From the IMG/VR virus record IMGVR_UViG_3300044981_000022, positions 1-64,000 of that record: a stretch of 64,000 bases of DNA; one strand, written 5' to 3'. Made by a program: the position numbers and the translations under genes. Position 1 is the stretch's first letter; each line of letters starts with the position of its first letter. The DNA comes from a virus. Taxonomy: Duplodnaviria; Heunggongvirae; Uroviricota; Caudoviricetes. The notes beneath the pieces are model-generated. The model saw nothing but the letters and a program-made list of their open reading frames with translations. It was not told where the DNA came from and made no database searches. Below are positions 51,076 to 59,966 of the stretch, in pieces.

Positions 51076-51345
51076 CTACAGATCAGGACTGTTCTTAAAC
51101 AAGGAATTAAACGGGCGATTCTGTTTACGGACTGGCCTAAAGTCAAGTGCTTTGTCGCCGCGAACTACGGCAAGGAAGTGATCGGAATCAAAGCGGGCAT
51201 TATCCATCTTGAGGAAGTATGCAATCTGACTTGCTGCTAGTCTCACGCCGCCTGCACTTCCAGAATCCGGTCCGTGCAATTCAACTTCGTTGACCAAAGA
51301 CTTGCGGAGTGCTTCGGCAATCAGAATGTAATCTTTGCGGGTCAT
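51076..51345 (-). CDS. hypothetical protein
   Basis: 89 aa. Confidence 0.3.
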   Translation of the reverse strand: MTRKDYILIAEALRKSLVNEVELHGPDSGSAGGVRLAASQIAYFLKMDNARFDSDHFLAVVRGDKALDFRPVRKQNRPFNSLFKNSPDL

Positions 51346-51434
51346 GTTAGCCTCTCTTTTGTAGGTCTTGACTGCAATGTGATTGTCCCAAATGCTCGAA
51401 AACTTGTCAACAACAAAAACGTACTAGTACTAAT

Positions 51435-51629
51435 TTATTTTTGCTTCTTGCAATACGGTCCGCCGTGTGGATCGCCGCGTGTTCCCATCATTGCAGCGTC
51501 TAAATCTGTGTTGGGATCGCTGAGATATTCATCCTGCTCACAGGCAAGGCAGGCTTTGCGCTTGTCGGCCATTTGATGTAGCCAAGCGGTGTAATCGTCT
51601 GCCCATTTTTTGAGTGCTTCGAAGGCCAT
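51435..51629 (-). CDS. small hypothetical protein
   Basis: 64 aa. Confidence 0.3.
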   Translation of the reverse strand: MAFEALKKWADDYTAWLHQMADKRKACLACEQDEYLSDPNTDLDAAMMGTRGDPHGGPYCKKQK

Positions 51630-53110
51630 TAGAGTTTAGCCTCTCGTTGAATATTCCAAACCAATTCGTTTACCGTAGCCCAGGCGAGATAATCGTTATA
51701 GTCTTGCCCGGTTTGATCCTTCTCGATTGGCGAAGGACCGTGATTAGGTAATGTGCGCTGAACCTTGCGTAGTTTTGCGATTGCTTTCTTGGCTGTCTTT
51801 TGTTCTGGGGTTAGCTCCGGTTTCGGTGGCTGCGGCAAGGTGGCACGAGTGATAACAGTTTGCTTCACACCTTCGGGGTTATACTTATCAATCCGATTCT
51901 CGTGCTTCTTGACTCGTGCTGTCATTTGAGGAATCGTTTCACCTTGCTCAAACATCTGGGTAGACGCGAAGTACACAAGAATGTTGTCGCCGGTCTTCAT
52001 TTTATAGAAGTGAGAGACGCCAAACTGCGATTCGAATGTCGTGGTATATAACACAACTGCGTTCTCAATCGTGATGCGGTCTCCGATTTGTCCCATGAAT
52101 TCGGACTTGCTGTCCGCTTCGATCCTGGCATTGCGGCGAATCTCAAATTCTTTCTCTTTGGAGTATGCATTGATGGCCGAGACCGCGATACCGAAGTTCT
52201 TTGCTGTCACAGAGACCGACTGAGCGAGTAACGCGAGATTATAGCGATAATCATCCTCGGTGTGAATTGACAGCGACTCAAGCCATTCCTGCGCGTTGGC
52301 TGCTAGTTTCTTGTCGTCATCTGACGCCACAAGAGGAAATTCGAAGTCTTCGCGGTCTTTCTTGTTGCCAAACATCCAAGTGCGAACGCGCTGCGATGTC
52401 GAGGTCTTCTCGTGCTCTTGTGCTGATTTGTTGGAGAGCCAACCGTACAAACGGATAGCAGACGCGGCGACCGTCAGAACATCTTCCATCGGATAACGTT
52501 CCATAATTCGTCCGCCGCCAAAGTGTTCGCTATCTTCGGCCATTCCAGCAAGTTCATCGGCATCAATCAGAATCTCAGCGATTGCCGCGAGTGTATCGGG
52601 ATTAGTCAAACCAAGATAGTTGGCAAGGCAATTACGACCTATTTGACGGTAGCCTGTGCCGTGAGCTAAAGGACCGTAAACCACGAATGTTTCCAGCCGC
52701 CTGCGGTCAGTCTTGCAGTGATCACAATAATTAGTGGCATTGCGGAAACTCACAGGAATGTCGCCCTCGAATCCGGGGACGCGGCGCATTACGTTACCGA
52801 GCAATTTGCCGTCCTCATCAGTGGTAGGAGAGATAACAGCCGCGAATTCATAACCACCAATCTTAGGACGGCCAGCGGATTCAAGCGTAACCGTATAGAC
52901 ACGGCGAACGCGATCAAAACCACGTTCATTCTTATAGGTAATGTCTTCGAATGTGCCGACCGTGAGCTTAGGAGCATCAATCTTGACTCGGTTGCAGCGA
53001 CGAACAAGCTTTTCCATCCGAGATTGAAGGACTGACAGGTTGGATTCGGGGATTCGGTAAGTCTTGAGAGTGATATCCATGCTTATCTCCTCCTGATCAA
53101 ATGGTCTCAA
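51629..53110 (-). CDS. hypothetical protein (large, unknown function)
   Basis: 493 aa ORF. Confidence 0.45.
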   Translation of the reverse strand: MRPFDQEEISMDITLKTYRIPESNLSVLQSRMEKLVRRCNRVKIDAPKLTVGTFEDITYKNERGFDRVRRVYTVTLESAGRPKIGGYEFAAVISPTTDEDGKLLGNVMRRVPGFEGDIPVSFRNATNYCDHCKTDRRRLETFVVYGPLAHGTGYRQIGRNCLANYLGLTNPDTLAAIAEILIDADELAGMAEDSEHFGGGRIMERYPMEDVLTVAASAIRLYGWLSNKSAQEHEKTSTSQRVRTWMFGNKKDREDFEFPLVASDDDKKLAANAQEWLESLSIHTEDDYRYNLALLAQSVSVTAKNFGIAVSAINAYSKEKEFEIRRNARIEADSKSEFMGQIGDRITIENAVVLYTTTFESQFGVSHFYKMKTGDNILVYFASTQMFEQGETIPQMTARVKKHENRIDKYNPEGVKQTVITRATLPQPPKPELTPEQKTAKKAIAKLRKVQRTLPNHGPSPIEKDQTGQDYNDYLAWATVNELVWNIQREAKL

Positions 53111-53157
53111 ATCATCGGAGTCGTGTCAAGTACTGAATTTAAAACGGTACTATAGTA

Positions 53158-53397
53158 CTAGGACTGCCAAATCTTTCTTAGTTCCCGAAGACGTTCAAGA
53201 TGATCTCGTTCTAGTATTTGTTGCGGGGTTAGAGGCACAACTGATTCTAGCCGATGAATTAAATCCGAAACAATCTCAGGCTTCATATCAAACTCAGCAA
53301 GCTTGACCAATACACCTGATTCAGCTTTCAACTTGTCTAATACCTTTGCTTTCCGTCTATCTTCTTGCGTCTTTAATGCAGCTTCTTTCCTAGTCAT
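53158..53397 (-). CDS. hypothetical protein
   Basis: 79 aa, helical. Confidence 0.3.
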   Translation of the reverse strand: MTRKEAALKTQEDRRKAKVLDKLKAESGVLVKLAEFDMKPEIVSDLIHRLESVVPLTPQQILERDHLERLRELRKIWQS

Positions 53398-53648
53398 AGA
53401 ATCACCTGAGAACAGAATGGGCAGATATTCTTCGGGAACACCGGACCTAGCTTGAATTCAATTGGCGATCCACGTCTGCCTGCTCCGATTTGAACTAAAT
53501 ACAATTCAGATACCAATTGATCGATTTGTTTCTCGGTTTGATTCTGGTATCTCATACCTACCAAAGCTAAAAGCCTTCTTTTGGATATCTTCGGGTTTGA
53601 CTGCATTACTTTTATGATTCGACTTCTGATTCTTTCGATTGTTGGCAT
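53394..53648 (-). CDS. hypothetical protein (first gene of the minus-strand block)
   Basis: 84 aa; GGAGG RBS upstream on the minus strand; C-terminal 'CPFCS'. Confidence 0.35.
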   Translation of the reverse strand: MPTIERIRSRIIKVMQSNPKISKRRLLALVGMRYQNQTEKQIDQLVSELYLVQIGAGRRGSPIEFKLGPVFPKNICPFCSQVIL

Positions 53649-54879
53649 ATTGCCTCCATCTAATTAGTATACCACAGTTTGAATTGTTTGTCAAGGCTTT
53701 TCTGAGTGTAACAAAAAATAGTTTTGATTGTCTGTGTCGGCTAACCCCTTTTGTTTCTTATCGAAAATTAGCACCTGAATACTACTACAGAGAGGGAGGC
53801 ACACAAGACGCGAAATACAATGAAAATGAATTAAGATATGATCTAAATACAATTCAGAATACAATAAATCATATAATATATTATTTTTCATATATACTAC
53901 GTTCTCCCTATAGTAAAGAATCTTTGATCGAATTTGAATTTGTTTTGTGAATTCGAATTCATTTTATCAGTCTTCTTTATGGTCTCCCTCTCAGTACTAG
54001 AATATAGGTGGCAGAGTTTGTAATGTAGATAAAGGACTTACAGGTGCGAAACAATTTGAGTAGCGATTTGTTGCACTCAAATGTGCCATATAATCAATTT
54101 GTAATTCAATTCTTAAATCAATTTGCAGGCGATTACAGCGGCGAAATGGTCGAGTTAGTGACAGAATTGATTAGTGCCAGGATCGTACAGTGACAGCATT
54201 CTGGAAAGAATTGTCGTACCCATACAGACATCTATTAGAAAGGCTTGAGTAGATGATTTAGCTTCTCAGACCTCTCAGCATCACAATCGAGTTAGCAGGA
54301 TTACGATTCGAGCACAGTTAAGATATAGATAACGTGTTATAGAACAATAAGTTAGAGTAATCAAGTGGTCACACCTGAGTCCGGCGACGTGCACTTGGCA
54401 ATTCTAAAGCCAAATTTTTCGAGTAAATTTTACATTATTTTGCGTAATTTCACTCATTTTCCAGCTAAAACGTTCAAAATCAACACTTTACGACTTAAAA
54501 CACTATCAAAATGGATCAAGAGCCTGCGAAATGGATAAGTTTGCATTAAACGCAAGGATTTGCAACCGCAACAAAACAGGATAGTTAGGCGTGGGCAACA
54601 GTCAGTTCTCGCGTCAGATTGTCGTTTTTGAGTTTGTTAATCGAATTTATTTTATTTTCTGCCCAGGCGAAAAAGAGCTTAAGGGACGTTAAGTCCTTTA
54701 GAATGAGTAGGCTAGGTCGCCCCAGGCACCACCATTCGCACGAGCGAATTCGGGTAGTGGCGTTTGTACAAGTCTCCTATTATCAATAGGATGGGTCTTA
54801 TCATAGGACCTACTAGGTGGATTACACAGAATCAACAAGTTAGCCAATAAGACCCACTCAGAATCGAGAAAGGAACCCA
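53649..54879. promoter_or_regulatory. about 1.2 kb AT-rich non-coding divergent switch region (candidate early-promoter/origin region)
   Basis: no credible ORF; strand switch between the minus block and the plus block; AT-rich tract 53800-53950; repeated 'TCAATTTG' words near 54100-54140; tandem GAATTCGAATTC. Confidence 0.5.
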
Positions 54880-55446
54880 ATGACCGATGTAATCGTGAAC
54901 CGAGTCCCAAAAACATTCGGTCAAAAGCTAGAAGAGTCAAAATTAGAATCATCAAATTCCTCCGCCGCGACGACAACCGGCAACTTCTGGCTAAACCGAA
55001 TTACCTCTGATCCGGAAACTCAGCGTCCGGCTGAAGTCATAGCAGACGCCAATGCAATGGGCGAAGGGTTCCCGACACAGGCACAAAGAGATTTGGTTAG
55101 AGTCAGCACTGTAGCACAAGTCCAAGATGTCAAATTAGACCGAATGGATAACGAAGGCTCAAGAACTGAGTATCACGTCCCTCCGCATGTCGGTGAGACA
55201 GTCGTACTTCAATCCCATCAGACGGCAGAGCATTCTAGAACCGGTCAGATTGGACAAATCGAAGATTTACCCGAGCAGGACCCGGAAGACGCCGCAGCAG
55301 CCGAGAAAGCGAACGGATTGAGTTTATCCGACCAACTGACAGCTTTAGGTTATTTCGATCATACTGAGTTTGTAAAGTTCAAATCCCAGGTGATTGCGTG
55401 TTTGCGTCACGCAGGGTTTGATGTTAAGAAATTTTTCGGAGTCTAG
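54880..55446 (+). CDS. hypothetical protein (first plus-strand gene)
   Basis: 188 aa; AAGGAA RBS before ATG. Confidence 0.45.
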   Translation: MTDVIVNRVPKTFGQKLEESKLESSNSSAATTTGNFWLNRITSDPETQRPAEVIADANAMGEGFPTQAQRDLVRVSTVAQVQDVKLDRMDNEGSRTEYHVPPHVGETVVLQSHQTAEHSRTGQIGQIEDLPEQDPEDAAAAEKANGLSLSDQLTALGYFDHTEFVKFKSQVIACLRHAGFDVKKFFGV

Positions 55447-55629
55447 ATGTTTGTTACATTGACGCGTAAACTTCCTGAATGTGAAATTAGTATCGCTGTG
55501 AACCCAGATACAGTAATTTGGGCACAACCGGCTGATGTTGGTTATACAACATTGTTTATGGTTAACGGCCCGGAAGTAATTGTTAAAGGAAGTTTGGTAG
55601 ATGTGAAATCTACGTTAGATCGATCCTAG
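55447..55629 (+). CDS. small hypothetical protein
   Basis: 60 aa, ATG overlaps the upstream stop. Confidence 0.3.
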   Translation: MFVTLTRKLPECEISIAVNPDTVIWAQPADVGYTTLFMVNGPEVIVKGSLVDVKSTLDRS

Positions 55630-55789
55630 AGGTTTTATGGCCCAGACAGCAGCCCCAGAGCGCAGCGACCCACCGAAGACGAAAATAGAAGCAGCGCCGG
55701 AAATGTCGAAAGAGCAATTGGATAAGATTCGAGAGAAGCAGCTTGATAAACTTTGGCCCTACGTGGGTAATTGATAAAGGAAGGGAACA

Positions 55790-55975
55790 ATGCTTGTAGA
55801 ACTAGGATTGGGAGCCGCAGCAGTCGTAGGTGGCGGAGTTGCAGTAGTTAAGCACTACGGGCTAGCCGCAGTCGAAGCCAAGATCGCTTCTATTCAGGCA
55901 GAAGTCTCAAAGGACTACTCGACAGCTTCGGCTGATGTAAAAGCGGTAGTCGCAAAAATCAAATCGCTTTTGTAA
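55790..55975 (+). CDS. small Ala/Val-rich protein
   Basis: 61 aa; AAGGGAACA ATG. Confidence 0.3.
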   Translation: MLVELGLGAAAVVGGGVAVVKHYGLAAVEAKIASIQAEVSKDYSTASADVKAVVAKIKSLL

Positions 55976-55984
55976 AATAAAGCT

Positions 55985-56013
55985 TGACAGGTTTTAGAAG
56001 TTGTGGTACAGTT
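55985..56013 (+). promoter_or_regulatory. sigma70-like promoter P1 (TTGACA-17-TACAGT)
   Basis: seen in sequence; within the duplicated box AAAATAAAGCTTGACA...GTTGTGGTACAGT. Confidence 0.5.
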
Positions 56014-56168
56014 TAGAAAGTTCGATGGTGTTAGGACCCAGATAGCGAGGGCGTCGGTTGTGAACCGATAGTCTAGTGAGGGCAGTACTCACCTTTCACC
56101 CCAAAGTTTGCTGTGATACGATGAGGTGGCTAAGATCACAGCAATTCGAAGAAACCCGAAAATAAAGC

Positions 56169-56197
56169 TTGACAAACAATTCGGGTTGTGGTACACT
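56169..56197 (+). promoter_or_regulatory. sigma70-like promoter P2 (TTGACA-17-TACACT), paralogue of P1
   Basis: same flanking box AATAAAGCTTGACA...GTTGTGGTACACT. Confidence 0.5.
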
Positions 56198-56472
56198 GAA
56201 GTCAATGAAGCTTGCGGTCAGTAGCGGTGAAGTAGTGTTAACTCGGAACTGTTGAGTTGCCATTATTACATTTATACGGTACGCAGTTCCGAACGAATTT
56301 TTAAAGTAGTGCTTCTTGTCGGAGAAACGCTCAAGATTGCGCAATCTAATCCGATGAGTTGGCTTATGCTCGAAAGGAAACCTTGGCAACAAGAATTTCC
56401 CTGATATGGTTGGCAGCCCACTGGTGAGAAAGCGTCCGGTTCGAAACGTTTTCATCGGTGTATAAATTTTAA

Positions 56473-56547
56473 CCCATTGTAGCTCATTGGTAGAGCGCCT
56501 CGTTGAAGCCGAGGGCGTAAGCGGTCCGATTCCGTTCGATGGGTCCA
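56473..56547 (+). tRNA. tRNA-Phe(GAA)
   Basis: hand-folded cloverleaf: acceptor CCCATTG/CGATGGG, D GCTC/GAGC, anticodon stem CCTCG/CGAGG loop TTGAAGC, T-loop TCCGATT, encoded CCA. Confidence 0.75.
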
Positions 56548-56610
56548 AGTTCTTGTCAGTTCATCCAACTGAACTGTCCGTAGAGACTACGTTACAGTCT
56601 CCAAAGTTTA

Positions 56611-56945
56611 ATATACTATGTCAGACGGATATGCTTAAGCATGTTGATACTATCAACGGTATCCCGGTGAAATCCCGGCAGGGTATTAACAGATGAGACT
56701 GGCGTGAGCACTGTAAAAGCTTAGGCATCAATCTTATCCCGAAAGGGCTAACGAGTCGTGTAGGGTAAACTGAATGAGCATCCATAGGATCATAAGTATC
56801 TGTGCTCACGACACGGCGGAATGCAATATCCGCAAAAAATTGCGAAAGCAAACGATGCATGTTAAACACCAGCAGCCGGAGCTAGTTTAACCGGGAGATA
56901 CCCGTGGCTGTGATTCGTGGGGACTACGTTAGTGCCTTTAAAGTT
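56611..56945 (+). ncRNA. about 330-nt structured RNA containing a tmRNA tag-region-like segment
   Basis: 'CCGCAAAAAAUUGCGAAAGCAAACGAUGCAUGUUAA' resembles E. coli tmRNA 'CCGCAAAAAAUAGUCGCAAACGACGAAAAC...'; in-frame GCA AAC GAU GCA UGU UAA gives A-N-D-A-C-stop; many hairpins; ends with the AAAGTTT trailer. Confidence 0.35.
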
Positions 56946-56949
56946 TACG

Positions 56950-57040
56950 TGCCTTTGTGGTGGAATTTAGGGAGACACGCCGGACTCAAAACCCGGTGGG
57001 ATTGAAACCCCGTGTCGGTTCGAGTCCGACCTTTGGCACC
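56950..57040 (+). tRNA. tRNA-Leu(CAA)-like, type II (acceptor stem with three U-U mismatches)
   Basis: anticodon arm CCGG/CCGG loop ACTCAAAAC; long variable arm GGGATTGAAACCC; T-arm GTCGG-TTCGAGT-CCGAC; CTTTGGC-A-CCA; 5' strand is GCCTTTG. Confidence 0.4.
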
Positions 57041-57115
57041 AAGTTTGAGACTAGAGATTTGCTTGCACGATTCTCAAGTGAAGACGCGTAGCGACTTCCG
57101 GTCTCTTTAAGTTTC

Positions 57116-57197
57116 GGGCACCTTCGACAGATCGGTCATAGTAGTCGAAGACTATTGCCGATTGGCTCCGCGTTGAAACCGGAAGCCGTGCCCGATA
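57116..57197 (+). ncRNA. tRNA-sized structured small RNA (cloverleaf-like, no CCA)
   Basis: closing 7-bp helix CGGGCAC/GTGCCCG, internal helices CTTCGAC/GTCGAAG and GGCTCCG/CGGAAGCC; followed by the AAAGTTT trailer. Confidence 0.35.
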
Positions 57198-57207
57198 AAG
57201 TTTCTGT

Positions 57208-57282
57208 TCCCGTGTCGTCTAATGGTGAAGGCCGTTTTCTTATAAAGAACTGACGGTGGTCCGATTCCACCCACGGGCACCA
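57208..57282 (+). tRNA. tRNA-Ile(TAT)
   Basis: D GTCT/AGGC, anticodon stem GTTTT/AGAAC loop CTTATAA, T-arm GGTGG-TCCGATT-CCACC, CACGGGC-A-CCA; 1:72 T-C mismatch. Confidence 0.55.
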
Positions 57283-57473
57283 AGTTTATGGCAATGATTA
57301 CGATTCACAATCACCCTGAATGGGACATAATAAAACGATGGTTCGACAAACGAGCTAACGGGAGATTCGGTCACACAGAGATTGTTAAAGTCGAATCAGC
57401 AATATCTCCTGAGATACAAAGAGCGGCGACTGAGTTATCGTTCGCACTCGGAGCAAGTTTAAGTAAAGATTTT

Positions 57474-57559
57474 CGGCGTGTGGCGGAATGGCATACGCAG
57501 AGGTCTTAAAAACCTCGGCCCGAAAGGGCGTGTCGGTTCGAGTCCGACCTAGCCGACCA
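57474..57559 (+). tRNA. tRNA-Leu(TAA)-like, type II (two acceptor mismatches)
   Basis: D GCG/CGC, anticodon stem GAGGT/ACCTC loop CTTAAAA, variable arm GGCCCGAAAGGGC, T-arm GTCGG-TTCGAGT-CCGAC, CTAGCCG-A-CCA; 5' strand is CGGCGTG. Confidence 0.45.
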
Positions 57560-57706
57560 AGTTTCGATGGTATAAAGACGACGCATTTGCGTGGAGCATA
57601 GCTCGAACAGTCAACATCGAAAGAAGTAAGACGTGAGACGGCGTAGACAGCATCGGTAGAAATCCGATTAAAGTCCGTTCTTCGACAACAAGCTGTCAAA
57701 GTTTAT

Positions 57707-57782
57707 GTGTCTGTAGCTCATTCAGTAGAGCACTCGGCTCTTACCCGAGGGGTGGTTGGGGCAGAGCCAACCAGACGCACCA
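57707..57782 (+). tRNA. tRNA-Lys(CTT) with non-canonical D- and T-loops
   Basis: acceptor GTGTCTG/CAGACGC, D GCTC/GAGC loop ATTCAGTA (no GG), anticodon stem CTCGG/CCGAG loop CTCTTAC, T-arm GTTGG-GGCAGAG-CCAAC (no TTC), CCA. Confidence 0.5.
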
Positions 57783-57789
57783 AGTTTGT

Positions 57790-57864
57790 GCACTCGTAGC
57801 TCAACGGCAGAGTACTCGTCTTTTAAACGAAGGGATGAAAGTTCGATTCTTTCTGGGTGCACCA
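57790..57864 (+). tRNA. tRNA-Lys(TTT)
   Basis: acceptor GCACTCG/TGGGTGC, D GCTC/GAGT, anticodon loop CTTTTAA, T-arm GAAAG-TTCGATT-CTTTC, CCA. Confidence 0.7.
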
Positions 57865-58063
57865 AGTTTCATGGGAACGCAGTTCGAGATAGATTGAATG
57901 CTTACGATATCCGCTAGCGGACTCGTAGGATGGTCTCGGTGAATGACCGGGAGGTTCCCAGAGTTTCACTAAGGCGTAGATCGCGCTGGAGTGACTAGGC
58001 TAAACATTTACGGTCAGTAGACTGTAATCAACGTTGAGATTGTTTAGCTATTTGATTTTCAGT

Positions 58064-58155
58064 GGAAGTGCGGCGAAGACGGTGGGTCGCGTCGGTCTGT
58101 AAAACCGAATGTCCTTTGCGGCACTAGATGGGTTCGAATCCCTCCGCTTCCACCA
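58064..58155 (+). tRNA. tRNA-Tyr(GTA), type II
   Basis: acceptor GGAAGTG/CGCTTCC, D GCGA/TCGC, anticodon stem TCGGT/ACCGA loop CTGTAAA, long variable region, T-loop TTCGAAT with a weak 3-bp T-stem, CCA. Confidence 0.5.
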
Positions 58156-58162
58156 GTTTAAT

Positions 58163-58237
58163 AGTCGAGTAGTTCAACGGCGGAACGCCACTCTGATAAG
58201 GTGGATGTTGTAGGTTCGATTCCTACCTCGATTACCA
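58163..58237 (+). tRNA. tRNA-Ile(GAT)
   Basis: acceptor AGTCGAG/CTCGATT, D GTTC/GAAC, anticodon stem CCACT/GGTGG loop CTGATAA, T-arm GTAGG-TTCGATT-CCTAC, CCA. Confidence 0.75.
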
Positions 58238-58387
58238 GTTTGATGTGTGCGATAGATTCGATGCATACTTCTGATCCTACAGCGGACAGAAGAATCTCGA
58301 TAGAGAATGCTCGCTGTGAATCTATCGGACACATTGCACGATCACGAGTAACTAGTAAGACGTGATCGGAGTTTAAATAATTTACAT

Positions 58388-58462
58388 GGGCGATTAGTTT
58401 AGTCAGGAAAATTCTCGGCCTGCACCCGAGGGAGACGAGAGCGTAGCTCGTATTGTCCACCA
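58388..58462 (+). tRNA. tRNA-Ala(TGC)-like with non-canonical loops
   Basis: acceptor GGGCGAT/ATTGTCC, anticodon stem CTCGG/CCGAG loop CCTGCAC (C at position 33), T-arm ACGAG-AGCGTAG-CTCGT (no TTC), weak D-stem, CCA. Confidence 0.35.
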
Positions 58463-58619
58463 ATTTTCAGCTAGCACAGCCACCGCGAAAGCGGCGTCGA
58501 AGCTAATCCGCGTAGCATTGCTGACGCGAAGCGTATCGGGATCGCAACCCGAAATAAGGTAAACTGGAATCCCACATTGCGAGCCAGTGACGTTCGGGAG
58601 AGACCGGACAAATTTCTGT

Positions 58620-58697
58620 TCCCTGTTAGCAAACTGGTCGTATGCGCTTCTCTTACAAAGAAGTTTCGGGAGTGTTCGATTCACTCACGGGGAACCA
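58620..58697 (+). tRNA. tRNA-Val(TAC)
   Basis: acceptor TCCCTGT/ACGGGGA, anticodon stem CTTCT/AGAAG loop CTTACAA, T-arm GAGTG-TTCGATT-CACTC, CCA. Confidence 0.65.
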
Positions 58698-58786
58698 AGT
58701 TTTGAACGTAAGGCGACACTGACATCATAACCTCAGTGCCTGTGTCTCTGTGTTATGACTGAGAATGCGTTCAAATTGATTTACGA

Positions 58787-58861
58787 GGGCTGTTCGTATA
58801 GTGGATAATGCATGTGGCTACGAACCACAGGACAGGTGTTCGATTCACCTACGGCCTTCCA
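58787..58861 (+). tRNA. tRNA-Arg(ACG)
   Basis: acceptor GGGCTGT/ACGGCCT, D GTAT/ATGC, anticodon stem TGTGG/CCACA loop CTACGAA, T-arm AGGTG-TTCGATT-CACCT, CCA. Confidence 0.75.
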
Positions 58862-59019
58862 AATTTCAGATGCTCTCGCTGGAAAGTAAGAGCAGTAATC
58901 GGGAAATTAGGTTAGCTACTGACACGGTGAACCAGCGGCCCGATCTGATTAAAATATTTGCTGTTCAGGAAACTCACCGGGCGAAAGCTGATGAGATAAC
59001 AGGAGGCAGCAATAAGTTT

Positions 59020-59096
59020 GGTTCTATCGTCCAAAAGGATTAGGGCACTAGTCTTCGAAACTAGTTATTTCGGTTCGAGTCCGAATAGAACTTCCA
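59020..59096 (+). tRNA. tRNA-Arg(TCG)
   Basis: acceptor GGTTCTA/TAGAACT, D GTCC/GGGC, anticodon stem CTAGT/ACTAG loop CTTCGAA, T-arm TTCGG-TTCGAGT-CCGAA, CCA. Confidence 0.7.
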
Positions 59097-59110
59097 AGTT
59101 TTGTATATAA

Positions 59111-59186
59111 CGTTCCGCCTAATTAACGGAACTAGGTTAGGGCGTACCTCTAATACGCCCTAGCCACTCTTTAGAGGAGAGGAAGG
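59111..59186 (+). promoter_or_regulatory. conserved two-hairpin + CTCTTTAGAGGAGAGG leader upstream of HNH gene 1 (copy 1 of 3)
   Basis: hairpin CGTTCCG..CGGAACT, hairpin TAGGGCGTA..TACGCCCTA, then the CTCTTTAGAGGAGAGGAAGG box. Confidence 0.45.
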
Positions 59187-59792
59187 ATGAAAGCATCATT
59201 AAAGAAGTTAGCAGCAGCTAAAAGAAACGGCCAGATACTTCGTCAGCGAGCCATAGACGGCTATTTAAAGAACCCGAGTATCTGTAAGCAGTGCGGTCAA
59301 GTGATTCCGTTAGTACCCGCTGGTAAGAACGAATCGGTTGTATCAATTGCTCGACATAAAATATTTTGCGGTCATTCATGTTCTGCAAAGTTTAATAATT
59401 TATTTGAACAGTCACCAAAACGAATTAAGACTAGAATAGATAAGATTTGTACTGGTTGTGAAAAGGTAGTCGATTACAGAACAGTAGGTACTCTTTGTCT
59501 ATCTTGTAAGGTGGCGGCTTCTAGATTAAAATTAGAGAATTCAACTAGAAGTCAAGTTGTTAGAACTGTTTTGAGCGAACACGCTCGATCAGTCTTATTT
59601 GCAGATGGAATTAAACCGTGTTTAGTTTGTGGATATGATTTTGTTGTAGAAGCCGCCCACATTAAAGCAGTTAAAGATTTTCCGGCTGAAGCAACAATTA
59701 AAGAGATTAATGCTTTAGAGAATTTGCTTCCTCTTTGTCCTAATCATCATTTAGAGTTAGATAGAGGAAAACTAAAGCTAGAACAATTGTAG
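59187..59792 (+). CDS. HNH homing endonuclease (paralogue 1 in tRNA array)
   Basis: 201 aa; 'CLVCGYDFVVEAAHIKAV...LLPLCPNHH'; N-terminal Cys4 zinc finger; stop codon lies inside the tRNA-Asn 5' end. Confidence 0.7.
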   Translation: MKASLKKLAAAKRNGQILRQRAIDGYLKNPSICKQCGQVIPLVPAGKNESVVSIARHKIFCGHSCSAKFNNLFEQSPKRIKTRIDKICTGCEKVVDYRTVGTLCLSCKVAASRLKLENSTRSQVVRTVLSEHARSVLFADGIKPCLVCGYDFVVEAAHIKAVKDFPAEATIKEINALENLLPLCPNHHLELDRGKLKLEQL

Positions 59793-59864
59793 GGTGGCTC
59801 AAAGGCACAGCATCTGGCCGTTAACCAGACATTATTGCAGGTTCGAGTCCTGCCCCTACAGCCA
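59788..59864 (+). tRNA. tRNA-Asn(GTT)
   Basis: acceptor TGTAGGG/CCCTACA (perfect), anticodon stem TCTGG/CCAGA loop CCGTTAA, T-arm GCAGG-TTCGAGT-CCTGC, CCA. Confidence 0.6.
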
Positions 59865-59872
59865 TTTTATTG

Positions 59873-59952
59873 CAAGTGCCGTTAGAATTGGGTTACTTCT
59901 TATGATAAAAGAGCGTCCGAAAGGACATTTCCTAATTCGCTTGTTGCCTTGC
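59873..59952 (+). ncRNA. Y-RNA-like module D (paralogue of the modules next to the Ro60-like gene)
   Basis: terminal helix GCAAG/CUUGC, second helix GAAUU/AAUUC; conserved 'UGCCGUUAGA..GGGUUACUUCUUA' and 3' 'CGCUUGUUGCC'. Confidence 0.55.
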
Positions 59953-59966
59953 ATTTAGTTTTGATC

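Noticed and set aside
56096-56548. Minus-strand ORFs overlapping the tRNA array (56096-56548, 57385-57699, 58158-58463, 58403-58684, 60193-60447, 61325-61567, 62117-62413, 62179-62535)
   Set aside because: They lie antisense to tRNA genes or coding genes, lack RBS context and have odd composition. Treated as spurious.
58980-59015. CUGAUGAG with a nearby GAAAC, resembling a hammerhead ribozyme core
   Set aside because: The order and spacing of the conserved boxes do not fit any hammerhead topology, and no stem I/II/III can be drawn.
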